Assembly (NCBI RefSeq): GCF_964204865.1
Contig: NC_135263.1
Coordinates: 13,702,001-13,766,000 of the forward strand
Source: Styela clava
Lineage: Eukaryota
DNA length: 64,000 bases
Reading direction: 5' to 3'
The notes beneath the pieces are model-generated. The model was given only the letters and a program-made list of their open reading frames with translations, did not search any database and was not told the DNA's origin. How positions within the stretch are numbered: position 1 is the stretch's first letter; the number at the start of each line of letters is the position of its first letter. Positions 1 to 12,118 of this stretch are shown here, one piece after another. The position numbers were made by a program, and so were the translations under genes.

Positions 1-920
1 GTCATATCCCACTGCTTTGCCATCTGAAAGGCTTGCTATAGTGCCAAATACTTCATTGATTGTTGCTGGTCTAAGAAATAAGGACTCTTTCACTGAATTT
101 TTGAGATTAGTCAAGAACGAGTCATTAGAATGTGGAATCTTTTCAGACAGTTGTGGGCCTATAGAGGTAAAATAATTGTTAAGGTAATTGGCAATGCACA
201 CTGGATCACTTACTTTAGTCCCATTGTCAGTTCTCAGAGCTTTGATTGAACTCTTTTTTTCTTGTTTGATGTTAGCTAAATGCCCAATCAATTTCCGAGT
301 GGATTTAATGTCACCACAAATTTGTTGGAATTTATTCAAGTAATACAACTTTTTTGCTTTAGTTATAAAAGTCTTAAGTAAAATACTATAAGTTTTATAT
401 TGTGTGTAGTTACCTTTTTTAAAGTGTGTTTTATACATTTTACGTTTCTTTTTAATGGAAACATGAATCCCTTTTGTGAGCCAAGGTTTCGCAAAACGTC
501 TCGATTCGCGTCGACTTAATGGACTCATTGGTGCATGTATATCGATAATTGAACGAATTATGTCGATGAATATTTCAAAAAAAGTGTTCAAGTTATCACT
601 TGTGATTTGACAATTCGAAATGGGACTTAGGGATGATTCTAGATTAGATCTATATGCGTCAATAGAAAAATGTTTCATATTTCGTTTGAGTATTAGATCT
701 CGATTTTGACCCGGTCCAGAATTTTGAGGAGAGACTGTGCAGAACTGTGGATTATGGTCACTGATGTCACTAAGAATAATAAAGCTTGCTAAGTTATAGT
801 TTATTGCATTTGTGAGGATATTATCAATAAGTGTACTAGAAAAACGAGTTACTCTAGTTGGTGATCAAAGGCAGTGACAAATTAGCTAGCAGCATGTCAG
901 TATATTTCATGGTGGTCAAA
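1..920 (-). mobile_element. 5'-truncated non-LTR retrotransposon (LINE, L2/CR1-group-like) ORF2 fragment: end of APE endonuclease plus linker towards RT; runs off the left edge
   Basis: Minus frame 861->1 is open: PTRVTRFSSTLIDNILTN...SDISDHNPQF (APE C-terminal motifs)...KPWLTKGI...IANYLNNYFTSIG...KAVGYD. A frameshift near 862 joins upstream KYTDMLLANLSLPLI. Abuts RNB-family sequence at ~921. Confidence 0.85.
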
Positions 921-921
921 T

Positions 922-2310
922 CATTTACTCTAGTACAAATTTCGGAAGAATATTCATTCAGGAAATTTCCGAAAAGAGAGTTTGGAATTCTCTGGAGCTA
1001 TTTTATGAATACTAAACTCTTCATCGAGATCGACATTTTATTGCTTCCAGGTTGAGAGATATCAAAGATTGGACAGTAAACATATTGTAGGTAAACGTAT
1101 GCATCGTTACAACCAATGTGCAAAAAAATATGTTGATGACAACGTAATCACAAAACGTACATCTATTGCAACAGATAAATGTAAAAATTGTGATAACAGT
1201 CTTATTGTTCCACAAGATATGTACAATGAATCACAAAGCGTTATTTCGAAGAAAAATGTTTGCGTCGGGAAACTTGCGCCTTTCTTGCCTACTTCAGATT
1301 TATTTCTCTCTATAGAGCCACCGCAGTCAACTAGAATGGTCGTTAAATATCATCGAGACGTGAAGTTAGCATCAGACTTGCTCGAAGATAATATCGTAGA
1401 TTTCACCTCACCGTTGCGGAAAAGTTTAAGCAAAATCAACCAGCAAATACTAATAGATTCTAATTTTTTGCCGAGATCACCTCCGTACTCACTAAATGAT
1501 TTCCTTGGTCTGATTTGTGATCGTTACAAATCTCCACACTTGGCTGACGATGTGAATGAAAATGGGAAAACCATTGTACTTCTTAATGATGTTAACTGTA
1601 GTCCCGATAGTTACTTCAATCAGAAATACGTGAATTTGAATCGCAACAACATTGACGAAATATTAGAGGATTGGGAAAATGAAAAATTTTCGGAGAAAAT
1701 CAAACAATTTTTTGAAGGTCAAAAGTCTCAACCAGAATCAATCTTATATCCGTATAATAATAACGGAAGTGATACATTGTTCACCGTAGCATCCAATTTC
1801 AGACTGAAACTACAAGTGTCAGAATATGACGTTGGAAAAAACGACGAACTCAGCTTAAGATTGCTCAGCATCGGTACAAATTGTCATTTATGCTTGACTC
1901 ACATAAACGACTTGGCATTCATATCGAATAGAGCAGACATTAATGCACTTGGAATCATGAAAAACATAGAATTCTTGGAAAGAGCACGTACAAACGGACG
2001 AAAACCTTTGATTTTACGTCTTGAAAATACTCAAGTGAAATGACATTTCAAAATTTTATTCTGACGGATCCTTTATATGTTCGAAGCCGGTTGGCGTAGG
2101 CGATTTACTTTGCATTCGACAAGATATTTTAGAGTGTGGTACTATACAGTACGTTTGGGTAGCTTATGCAGTGGTGAAAGATATCGCTAGTGACAAAGTT
2201 TTGTTCTCGGTTTGCACGTTATCACAGGATGTTGAGTCTAGCAAAAGCCCTATTTTTTCTGTGGAAGTTATACACATTCCACAGTGCCATCAGACAAAAA
2301 TTGGAAATGA
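922..2310 (+). pseudogene. CCCH-RNB (HELZ2-like) family copy A, pseudogene; 5' part cut off by the LINE
   Basis: Homology to the family starts FTLVQISEEYSF at ~923. Frameshifts near 1020 and 1080, an in-frame deletion (LADDVNENGK lacks ~40 aa present in paralogs) and a TGA at 2041. The 3' remnant DLLCIRQD...VWVA...FSVEVIHIPQCH continues to ~2310. FTSPLRK retained. Confidence 0.85.
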
Positions 2311-3430
2311 ACGGTCATAGGCATTTGTATTGTATATCCGTTTTAAGCGTAGTTGGATACCAACATACATGCATTAGTTTAGCGCTTCTATAAACGTAAA
2401 CAACCTGTATTTCATATAAATAGGGCTTTTCATGTACATATATAAGGATTTCATTACGTTAATTTTCTATAGATTTTTGCATTTCTAACTGCATATGTTA
2501 GCTTCAGCAAATATATTCAAAAGTTCAATCAAATAAATACCTTTTTTATGTGATTGATGATGTTTATTTTCAGAAGATACGTTCCTATTTTTATTATGCA
2601 TGTGAAAGTTGTTAAAATATACATATTGCAATGCATATCATTCACTTAATATATCAAGCAGAAAATCAAGAATTAATGGAAATTCCAAAGATATGCATGT
2701 CTCTGAAACGAGCATACAAGAATTCATTTGAAAACAAATAAAATTAACAATGAAGTTAAAAGAGTCCCGGTATACAACAATATCATTTTGTGTTCAAACT
2801 AATTAAAGTAGTGTAATATTTTTGTTGTTTTTGTGGCCTACCTATGTGACGTAATCGTTGACGTATTTGTGAATAATCGTTTACGTAATTGTGACGTAAT
2901 CATTGAATCTTGCTTATTAGCCACGGTAATAAAGAAGGGATTCGAAGCTCGTAAAAACATCCATACTATCCTTTTTCATTATTTGTTATCAACCATAAAT
3001 GTACCATCTAATAAAAATGAGACGTTCGGAGTCATCGAGAATGTTTAAGGTTGCTCGTTTTTGATTAGTCCATAGTGACATCATAAACCAGAATCCAAAA
3101 TTAACTCCAACTCTGATTAAAACCGTTGAAACCAAAATCAATTATTCATAGGTTACAAATAATAATTTTGTAAAATAATAATTTCACAAGTTTTCAGAAA
3201 TATGTTTTATACCGGTCCATATCAAATCAAAATTTCATTCTCCGAATATCATCAACATAGAAACAAATTTAATTCTAACGATTTCAAAATAAATATAAGT
3301 GGATGTACGTACGTTTCAATCGGTACGACGTACATTATTACCTGAATTATTAATAAGAGTTCAGACTTATGACATGTAACGATATTATGTTTATTTTGAA
3401 TATGTATTTGCTGTTAGATTAAGGTATATA

Positions 3431-3492
3431 CAGGTTGGGCCAAAAAATGTTGTTCAGAATGTAAAAACGGTAATATTTTTTGGCCCATCCTG
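3431..3492. mobile_element. 62-bp Tc1/mariner-like MITE (second copy 38648-38709)
   Basis: TIR CAGG(T/A)TGGGCCAAAAAAT, flanked by TA on both sides. Confidence 0.6.
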
Positions 3493-4107
3493 TATATATA
3501 TGTATATACTGCTCTATATCTTTTTAATAACAGTTTTTCGAATTGAGAATTTGATTATATGTTTTGTATATCATTCAAATACTAAAATAAAACCAATGAA
3601 GCTATGGTTATTCATCACTGTAGGGGGCGATCTTCGTACAGAGAATTTTGGGTTCAGAAACAGTTCTATCAGGTAATCCTGGGTTATCTTGTACAAATCA
3701 GAGCAAGAAAATTAACAAATAATATTGTAGACTCAGACTATTTCTATAACATAAGGCTGAGGTTCGAATCAAAGATTATGTACATAAAATGAGATGCTGA
3801 TCTTGCAAAGCACGATTAGTTGTCAAAATTTTGCAATGATCAGGCTTAAACACAAGTACGATGAAGCAGTATCTGGACCCAGGAATCGATTCATCGATGC
3901 AAAATTGATGCACTCATGCGCCTCATAGCCAAGTACTGCGTGTTTTTTTGTCTTTATTTGTTTTTATTTAGAGAACGTAAAATCAATCAGGACGATTTTT
4001 GAAAATAATGAATAGTGAAAGTATGACATATTATTTTAATGCTAAATAAACTCACTGAAACAATATATAGGCAACTCCAATCAATTACAATAAAATATAT
4101 TGACAAT

Positions 4108-4606
4108 GGACCTTTCCCCGACCTTTGACCCCCGAATTTTTTTTCCTATACTTTACGATTGCGAAATTTTCGAGGCTATTTCAAGAGTGCTTTTGCGAGC
4201 TGGCGCCTGCAACATGGGGTATGTGTTTTAAACCATCATTATGATTCATCGCATGCAACAATCTGTTTTTTAAAAGTACCGGTAAAGAATTTTAGACCAG
4301 TCTATCACAGCTATTTCTATACTAATATTTTATTACCGTAATTAAATTAAAACTCCTAGAAAGACAGAGTGATCATTAAATTATCTTATTTATGTTTAAG
4401 TTTCCGAAACACAACTGAAAACTAACGAATAGAGTTCAAAAACGCGAAAAAGAGGTAATGTTTACAAACACGCTTGAAAATCTGTCTGAGTGATAAAAGT
4501 GTCTGAGCGGATGCGAAAAGGGAGCATTGTTACGTCACTTTTGGCATCTTGCTGATTGGCCAATGTCACGTTGTAAACAAGGAAGTCCATTCTTGGGGAA
4601 AGGTCC
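4108..4606. mobile_element. MITE with GGACCTTTCCCC TIRs and AT target duplication (ISL2EU/Harbinger-related type)
   Basis: GGACCTTTCCCC...GGGGAAAGGTCC flanked by AT. Absent at the paralogous site (~39325). A related diverged end lies in inverse orientation at ~14975-15039. Confidence 0.7.
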
Positions 4607-5396
4607 ATAATGAACTAATCGAGAATTCTCATACGATTTTTATAGGACATTGGAATATAAATTGGCTTGAATAAACATTATAAAATTTCCTCATCTCAAT
4701 AAATTAATCCACTTCTGTCAATTTCACCCGTTCACCGGAATAAAGAATTTATGAGTTAGATGATTTATTGTATTTATGTCTAGAGCATTTTGAAACCTTA
4801 TATATATATAGTTTTTATACGATATAAATCATCATTCATGATCTTTCTTACCACATTTTTTGAATTCAATCTTGATTTTCTTGAAATAGTCTTTGATATT
4901 TTCGTCATCCAAGTTTTTGTGACTTTTTGAAAACAGTTGGAAGAGGAAAATTTTGATTTTATTAATACCAACGTGTAGTCATTATCCGAATTATTGTGAT
5001 AAATACTCTTTGTTTAGCAGGTTATATAGCAAATTTGAGGATTTGAGAATTGACGAAATTAGGTGTATGCCCAAGGATTGGGCACGTATTCCACATGCAT
5101 CGCTCACTACTACGTTTCAGTAAATGAAAAATCTCAGTCCGTTTGATATTTTAAAAACAATTCCTTCATCGACATCTAATTAAAGCTCATCAATGTTAAT
5201 TAAATAAAAAAACATATATATCTTTTAAGTTTCATTAGTAAAAATTAATTAGAATTTTGAAACTTTCATACTCTGAAACTTCATTAAAAGAGCCATTGCA
5301 TTACGGAAAATTTGCTTTGTGTCTATAAAAAGATTGGATGCATTAATTAAGCCATATTCTTAATAGTTTTGAAAAACGAGCTATCATATTACAAGA

Positions 5397-5427
<31 letters not shown>

Positions 5428-5442
5428 TACGACTCCAAATAT

Positions 5443-5704
5443 CAGGGGTGCCAAACCTGCTTTCGACCGCGATCGACTAAAATCTTCAAAATAGCTCGCG
5501 ATTGACTGATCGGCCCAGTCTCAAATACTGTATGTGTGTATTGTATTTTGCGCATTTCTCAGTACTTTATTTTTGCTTCTTTAAAATACTGGTTAGAGGC
5601 AATTTTTGGGATATTTTATTAAATTCACTCAACTTTAGACGCGATAGACTGCTCGAGACATGGCGATTGACCGTCGATCGCGATTGACGTGTTGGCCACC
5701 CCTG
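5443..5704. mobile_element. hAT (Charlie-like) MITE; second copy 40119-40380, 14 bp past the stop of the intact RNB gene
   Basis: CAGGGGTG...CACCCCTG termini and subterminal CGCGATCGAC motifs; no clear TSD. Confidence 0.65.
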
Positions 5705-5717
5705 AAATAACCTTTGG

Positions 5718-6108
5718 TTAAAGCAATCTTTAAAATCTATAAATGAAAAAATCGACGCAAAAAGCTAAAATAATAAAGCAAAAACATATGATTAAAGTAG
5801 GCATAGAAAAAATGTTGTTGACTGTTTTTGCAATTTCGCAGTTACAATTAGGAATCTGTATAATTTCAATCGAAAAATCTCCACTGTCACAAGGGTTGTC
5901 ATTTCGCGATAATGTGCAAACTCAAAACAGAACATTGACATTAGTAATTTCTCTGACAACTCCATAGGCTACCCAAACATAAAAATCAGCATCGCATTTA
6001 GAGACATCTCGGCGAATGCAAAGGAAATACCGGTTTTGTACATTTGAACGAGCCTCCCGAACAGAATATTGAATCCCAGTGGATTCGAACACTTTCTAGT
6101 CGTAGAAT
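5718..6108 (-). pseudogene. CCCH-RNB family copy B: 3' remnant of the TM-tailed gene
   Basis: Matches 40395-40796 (ILRLESVRIHWDS...FSMPTLIICFCFIILAFC) with an 11-bp deletion near 6028 and a premature TAA at 5730-5732; joined to unrelated DNA above 6108. Confidence 0.85.
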
Positions 6109-7638
6109 TTCCGATAAAAAAGTAAATCTGTTTTGATCTCGAAATGATACGCTTTGTGATACACCGTGAAGGTATTTTACGAATTCTGTTCTGAACTTAG
6201 GAATGCACTTGCTTTGTTTCAGCATCTCAGAGACCATGGAATAACATTTTTTATCATCTTTGAACTTATTTAGCATACTGAGTCTTTTTCGAACAGTTTG
6301 GATGAATGTATCCCAATTTGGCATATAGCGTTCATAAGAAAACCAGAAAATAATATAAACGCCTGTACATGCCTATAGCATATAAACTCAAAACTCGTAT
6401 CAAAATTACGAAGTAATCTATATATTTTACCTTATCATACGCCATTACCTTCATCCATTTTGACAAAAATTTCGATACAAGTTTATTTGCTGTGATTTCA
6501 TAAAAATTAACAGTGCATAGTTTGCTCATTAAATGAAATGCAAGCCTTGTCAAATAAACGCTTCGGCTTTGCCAAAGCAAGAAAGTTTTTGCTATTGTCG
6601 GGACAAACTCACGTTGACAAATTACTCTTTGACAATGGTATATCTTTTTCTGTAATATCATAGTAAATTAATAATACCTTACTGAACTAAAATATCTACC
6701 AGAGGCAATTTATAAACATTTTACTAGAATTACGAACTTCAATGCAAATATTCTTCAGAATGATAGTTGAGACTGAAAGAACACAATGCGTAAATGTTAC
6801 ACGCATTGAAACCTAAAATTGACATTTACGATTTCAAATTCATTCAGATTTAACGAGTAGGCTACAGTACAAATGGTACACTAAGTGGAGCTATGAATCG
6901 TTTTGTCATTATTTCGTTGGTCATTCTTTTCTATTCTTCTATTTGTAAAAATAATAGCGTTTCTTATTATCTTCGGATACATTGGTTAACAATGGTTGTT
7001 GTTGTCTATAGAAGGCTATTACTTTTATTATTTGAAATTTCCCATGGGCTCTGTGGGATTCGTTTTTCTTTTTCTATTTGATGGACATGGAATAATTAAT
7101 CAGTTAACATTTGTCGTCAAGTGAAATCACTCTCAACGTAATTTTGATGTTATTATCAGTAGGAGACAAAACCATGATGGCATAAAACAAAATATACCTT
7201 TTGGTTATATGACCTTAGTTGTATTATATACACCTTATAATCGCGATGATGTAATTTCCAGATAAATATCACAAAATCAAGGATGGGCCAGGAAACAACA
7301 GAACCAGTGTCAGAATGTGTAATACATTACTTCCTAGAGTCCTAGACGTTCAAGTGATACGTGTTTTAAAATAACCAATCCCCTTATAAATATTGTAATT
7401 ATGAATATGAATGCATAGCGGTATGGCATATAATTATATAGCATACAATTAACATTTTTGCTAACAATTCTGTCACTAAGCTTTTAAAAAATGAAGCATA
7501 AGGTCATTGTGCAATAAGTTTCACATGGTATACCACAAAAATAATAGATACATATTGTTTACGATTGTAAAAGCGGAAAACTAATGCATATATGCTGGTA
7601 TCCAACGACGCTAAATATGGGATCTACAATACAATAAC

Positions 7639-9306
7639 TTAGAGCTGTTCATTTTCGTTTTCAGGTTGATGGCACTGTGGAATCTGTATAACTTCCACAG
7701 AAAAAGTTTGGCTCTGGCAAGACTTATCATCCTGTGATAACGTGCAAACAGAGAACAAAACTTTGTCATCTGCGAACTCTTTCACCACTGCATGAGCTAC
7801 CCAAACGTATTGTATAGTACCACACTCTGAAATATCTTGACGAATGCAAAGTAAATCGCCTACGTCGACCGGCTTCGAACATATGAAGGATCCTCCCGAA
7901 TAAAATTTTGAATCCCAGTTCACTTGAACATTTTCAAGACGTAAAATCAAAGGTTTTTGTTCGTTTGTGAGTGCTCTCTCCAAGAATTCGATGTTTTCCA
8001 TGATTCCAAGAGCATTAATGTCTGTTCTATTCGACATGAATGCCAAGTCGGGATTTTTAATGTGGGTCAAGCACAAATGACAATTTTCCCCGATGCTGAG
8101 TAATCTTAAGCTGAGCTCGTCGTTCCTTCCAACGTCATATTGTGACACTTGTAGTTTCAGTCTGAAGTTAGTTGCTACAGTAAACAATGTATCGAAACCA
8201 ACCATCTTGTATGGATATAAAATTGATTCTGGTTGAGATCTCTGACGTCCGAAAAATAGTTTGATTTTCTCTGGAAAATTTTCATCCCCCCAATCCTCTA
8301 ATATTTCGTCAATGTTGTCACGATTCAAATTTACGTATTTCTGATTGAAGTAATTATCAGGATCGCAGTAAACATTCTTGAAAAGTACAATGGTCTTTCC
8401 ATTTTCATTGTTCACTTCCACGTTGTAGTGAAGTTCACCGTAACGCATTTTTCTTGTTGGTATCGACTTTCTCATATTATGTTTCACGTTATTAAACATA
8501 TATGACACTGAAAATTTAATTTCACTTACATTCGATATCATCGCCTCAGCCAAGTGTGGAGTTTTGTAACGAATACAAAGTAGACCACACAAATCATCTC
8601 GTGAGTACAGTGTTGAGCTTGGCGAGAGAATAGAATTAATTAATATTTGTTGGTTGAATTTGCTTTCATATTTACTCAGAGGTGAGGTGAAATGTACAAT
8701 ATCATCATCGCACAAGTTTGATGCTAATTTTACATCTCGGTGATATTTAACGATCATTCTTGTTGACTGTGATGGTCCTTTAGAAAGAAAGAAATCTGAA
8801 GTAGCCAAGAAAGGCGCAAGTTCCTCTACGCAAATTTTTTTCTTTAAAATAACGCTTTGTGATTCCTTGTATATATCTTGTGGAACAATAAGACTGTTAT
8901 CATAATTTTTCAATTTTTCTTTTGTAATAGATGTACGTTTTGTGATTACGTTGCCAACAACATATTCTTTTGCACATTGGTTGTAGCGATGCATAACTCC
9001 ACCAACAAGTATATTTGCCTTCCAATCTTCAACATTTCCCAATATAGCGGGGATATAATCACTGTTTCTCCGAAGAGATTTAGTGTCCATGAAATATCTC
9101 CAAAGAAATTCATGCTCTCTCGGGGGTTCTATTAATGAATATTCCTCCAAAATATGTACTAGAGTAAATGTTGGTGCGCTTGCATTAAGAGAACAATTGG
9201 TATGAAAATAAATTGACAGAGCCAATGAAATATTTCTTCTTGAAAAACCGTTTGAAGATCCAACTGTATGTAAATGATTTGAGATTCCATTTTGGCTAAA
9301 TTCCAT
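7639..9306 (-). CDS. CCCH-RNB family copy C: 555-aa N-terminally truncated ORF lacking zinc finger, OB fold and catalytic D-x7-DD motif
   Basis: Uninterrupted ORF homologous to the C-terminal ~3/4 of the paralogs (LALSIYFH, HFTSPLSKY, LCLTHIKNP, LCIRQD, WVAH). The ATG lies at a rearrangement junction. May be a pseudogene. Confidence 0.6.
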   Translation of the reverse strand: MEFSQNGISNHLHTVGSSNGFSRRNISLALSIYFHTNCSLNASAPTFTLVHILEEYSLIEPPREHEFLWRYFMDTKSLRRNSDYIPAILGNVEDWKANILVGGVMHRYNQCAKEYVVGNVITKRTSITKEKLKNYDNSLIVPQDIYKESQSVILKKKICVEELAPFLATSDFFLSKGPSQSTRMIVKYHRDVKLASNLCDDDIVHFTSPLSKYESKFNQQILINSILSPSSTLYSRDDLCGLLCIRYKTPHLAEAMISNVSEIKFSVSYMFNNVKHNMRKSIPTRKMRYGELHYNVEVNNENGKTIVLFKNVYCDPDNYFNQKYVNLNRDNIDEILEDWGDENFPEKIKLFFGRQRSQPESILYPYKMVGFDTLFTVATNFRLKLQVSQYDVGRNDELSLRLLSIGENCHLCLTHIKNPDLAFMSNRTDINALGIMENIEFLERALTNEQKPLILRLENVQVNWDSKFYSGGSFICSKPVDVGDLLCIRQDISECGTIQYVWVAHAVVKEFADDKVLFSVCTLSQDDKSCQSQTFSVEVIQIPQCHQPENENEQL

Positions 9307-10417
9307 TTGATTTGTTGTGCTTGAAGACTTCGTATGTTTGAAAGCAATACTATTCGTTTTGTTAAATATTAATCAAATAGTACATGCTATGTCGAAATAA
9401 TATTGCTATCGAATTGTGTTAAGTCATAAACCAATTAGGGAACTTGGTTGATCGAGCTTAAAATGTACTTGATAAATTTGAAAATGAACATAACCATTGT
9501 ATTGTATTGATTGTTATCTGGCAACCTTGTTTGATGTTGTTTTCGAGTAACTAAGATACATAGCCAAAATGTATTTATTTAATAATACCAATAGCTACTC
9601 GCGGGTGACTTTTTAATGTATTTTCAATTTTCGTGACATTTCGAAATATCAAACATTAACACTTTCCGTGTTTGGATAATTGACGTCAACACTTATATTT
9701 AATTTGATTACTTTCCTGACAGTTGTATCCAAAACTACAGTATCGGCTACTACAAAAATCTATTTTTGCGATAAACAGTTGTTGAAATAATTTTCATGTA
9801 AAATATATGATAAATTTTTACCTAGATGTTGGTATCATGTACCCAAAAATTCGTTAGTTCGAAGCCACGATTATTTCATTCACTCATTTTGTAACTAGCG
9901 CCTCAGATTCCAAACGGCTCTGCCTAACTTGAAGTTACGTTATTTTTAGAAATAGAGAGTAAAGGCACATGTCTTAATTAGGTCATCAAAACGACAAACT
10001 TGCCTTTCTTATTCTAATAGATTTTGTATTAATGCCTTAACATTGGAGAAAATCTTGCATGAACCTTTTGTGATCTTCAGATAAGGAAGTTCGGATGGAA
10101 TTATGATTTGGTTTTTTTAGTAATAAGTCGAAATTATCGTATGTTGAAACTAATTTTTTTTTTTTTTTTTTAATCGCCAGTGACATTAGTGATCAGTAAA
10201 TATATAAATTAACAGAAATTTCCCTGTTCGTGATTTCACCCAAATTGATTTTCCAAATACGAATCTAAAAAATTGGAATTCTGCAATAAATTTTCTGATA
10301 TTTTCAGAAGTCGCGCAACAAACATTCTCTGCGTCGCTTCATGATGGAGGGTTGGAGCGCTGAACTTCGTAAAAACGAGGTTAACAAGCACGCAAGTAAC
10401 TGTGTCTAGCGAATTCT

Positions 10418-10625
10418 CGGTTTCGTTACATTTGAACCCAAGTACATCTGAATCCACGACAATTGCACCTGTATAGTATCGCACCTATGGAAATTGCACT
10501 GGATATTTGAACCCAAACTAATCCTAACCCATGGATTTTAGCACCCGCATTTAGATTGAACGCGCGGATATACGGGTACAAATGTATGGGTTCAAGTGTA
10601 CGTGGCTTCAAATGTGTTGTCACCG
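10418..10625. mobile_element. Short MITE with CGGT...ACCG ends (second copy ~45925-46132)
   Basis: Imperfect inverted ends cggtttcgttacatttgaaccc / ttcaaatgtgttgtcaccg and repeated acatttgaaccc-like motifs. Confidence 0.5.
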
Positions 10626-10845
10626 ATATCTCTTATGTGCGATTCATAAATTATCTTATAAATACATCTTACGCATTGTCGTCGTTGAACAAAACCATTC
10701 ACTCTCTGATCACTCAGCCTTATTAATTGCAATCGCCAGCTACCCGGGCAGGCCAAGCAGTTGTTTGACCAGGCGGCTTGCTCTGCTGTACTTTTTGTAG
10801 TCTGTGTTTTTGAGATTAGGTCGTGTAACAGTAGTCTATGGATAC

Positions 10846-12118
10846 TAGAGATGTACCGATACCACTTTTGTCGCCGATACCGATACCGATACCAGCTAAA
10901 AACGCCGATACCGATACGCCGATACTACAAAAAGGCCGATATTACCGATATTCCGATACAGATACTATGTAATTATTACTTAATTAGGTATGCTGTGTAG
11001 GGCAGACGGGTTAAAACAATGGTCTTTAAGCGTTGTTCATAGTACACATTATTTCAGATCGAAAAAAAAGATATATATATCACATAATATGAAATTAATG
11101 TTTGGTATCCATATGCTGAAACTGATTAAGATACATTGTACAGTAACGCTAGTAATCTCGGTGTTCAATTAGAAAACTCATAAGCCGGGATGTCCAAATT
11201 TAATTTAATGTTAATAACGCGAGCTTCGAGTATCGTTATTCGTGTTTAAAAGAATATCGAATATCACCCACACATTCTAGCGCCGCCGTCCTACGTTCAA
11301 ATTAAAAGCAATTTACAAATATTTAATTTAGTGGCTAATCGTAATCGTCGACGCAATAAGTCAAAGCCAACATGAAAGAATATCAATCAGCACCGACAAA
11401 AATAAGGCCCACCGATAACCGTTGAGGATGTTTTTTTACTTCACTATTTTATAATATTTTACAATTGATATCTTATATTTTGAGACAGTCTAGGGCTAGG
11501 CGGTCAAGTCAATATATCTATAGAGAAATCGTGTAGTTAAGCAGAATTAAAATTAATACCTGTGTAGTGGGATAATTGTGTCGGAATTTAGTTTATCGAT
11601 GTCGACGGACTAAATGACACTCGTACTTGACGACAAACAGTCAGGATTTATACCTGTGCCAAAAGTCCATGTGCCGTTAATAAGGAAGGACCCCAATTCC
11701 ACTGTGTGATTTAAAACCGGGCGCCTAGTTGCTTTTTGTTATGTGCTGTGTTGATATATTTCTTCATAAAAACTATGTAATATTAAAAATGTCAATAAAA
11801 AAATTTGACAGCGAAAATAGCCAAATTAGTTGAGCTAGTTTAGCTGATAAATAGCTAAAAACACGTGAGTCCTATTCTCTCGCAGGGGTGGGGACATGTA
11901 TGGCTCATAGCTCACGATCTCTCCAGACAAAAATAAATTAAAAAAGTAGTATTCCAACTTATTTTTTAAAACATTCTGGACCATATCAAAAAGGTAAATA
12001 TATCGGCAATATCGGCCTTAATCTAACCGATACCGATACATGGCCGATACCAAAAAAATGGCCGATATTGCCGATACCGATACCCGATACCCGATACCGA
12101 TACATCGGTACATCTCTA
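10846..12118. mobile_element. Non-autonomous hAT element (second copy 46351-47421 with internal deletion)
   Basis: TIR TAGAGATGTACCGAT / ATCGGTACATCTCTA; perfect 8-bp TSD ATGGATAC (10838-10845, 12119-12126); subterminal CCGATA arrays. Confidence 0.85.

Larger units (their letters stand above)
1100..6108. repeat. Segmental duplication block 1, copy a (paralogous to ~36180-40796)
   Basis: Colinear high identity over the RNB gene 3' half, the intergenic DNA, shared MITEs, the (TA)n tract and the TM-tail gene end; homology breaks after ...cgtagaat at 6108. Confidence 0.9.

Noticed and set aside
10854-10960. CCGATA repeat arrays as CRISPR-like
   Set aside because: Irregular hexamer repeats without unique spacers, inside a hAT element, in eukaryotic DNA
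10236-11172. Short ORFs conserved in both duplicates (e.g. YRYRYRYQLKTPIPIRR)
   Set aside because: They lie in MITE/hAT subterminal CCGATA repeats; conservation reflects recent duplication, and the frames differ between copies
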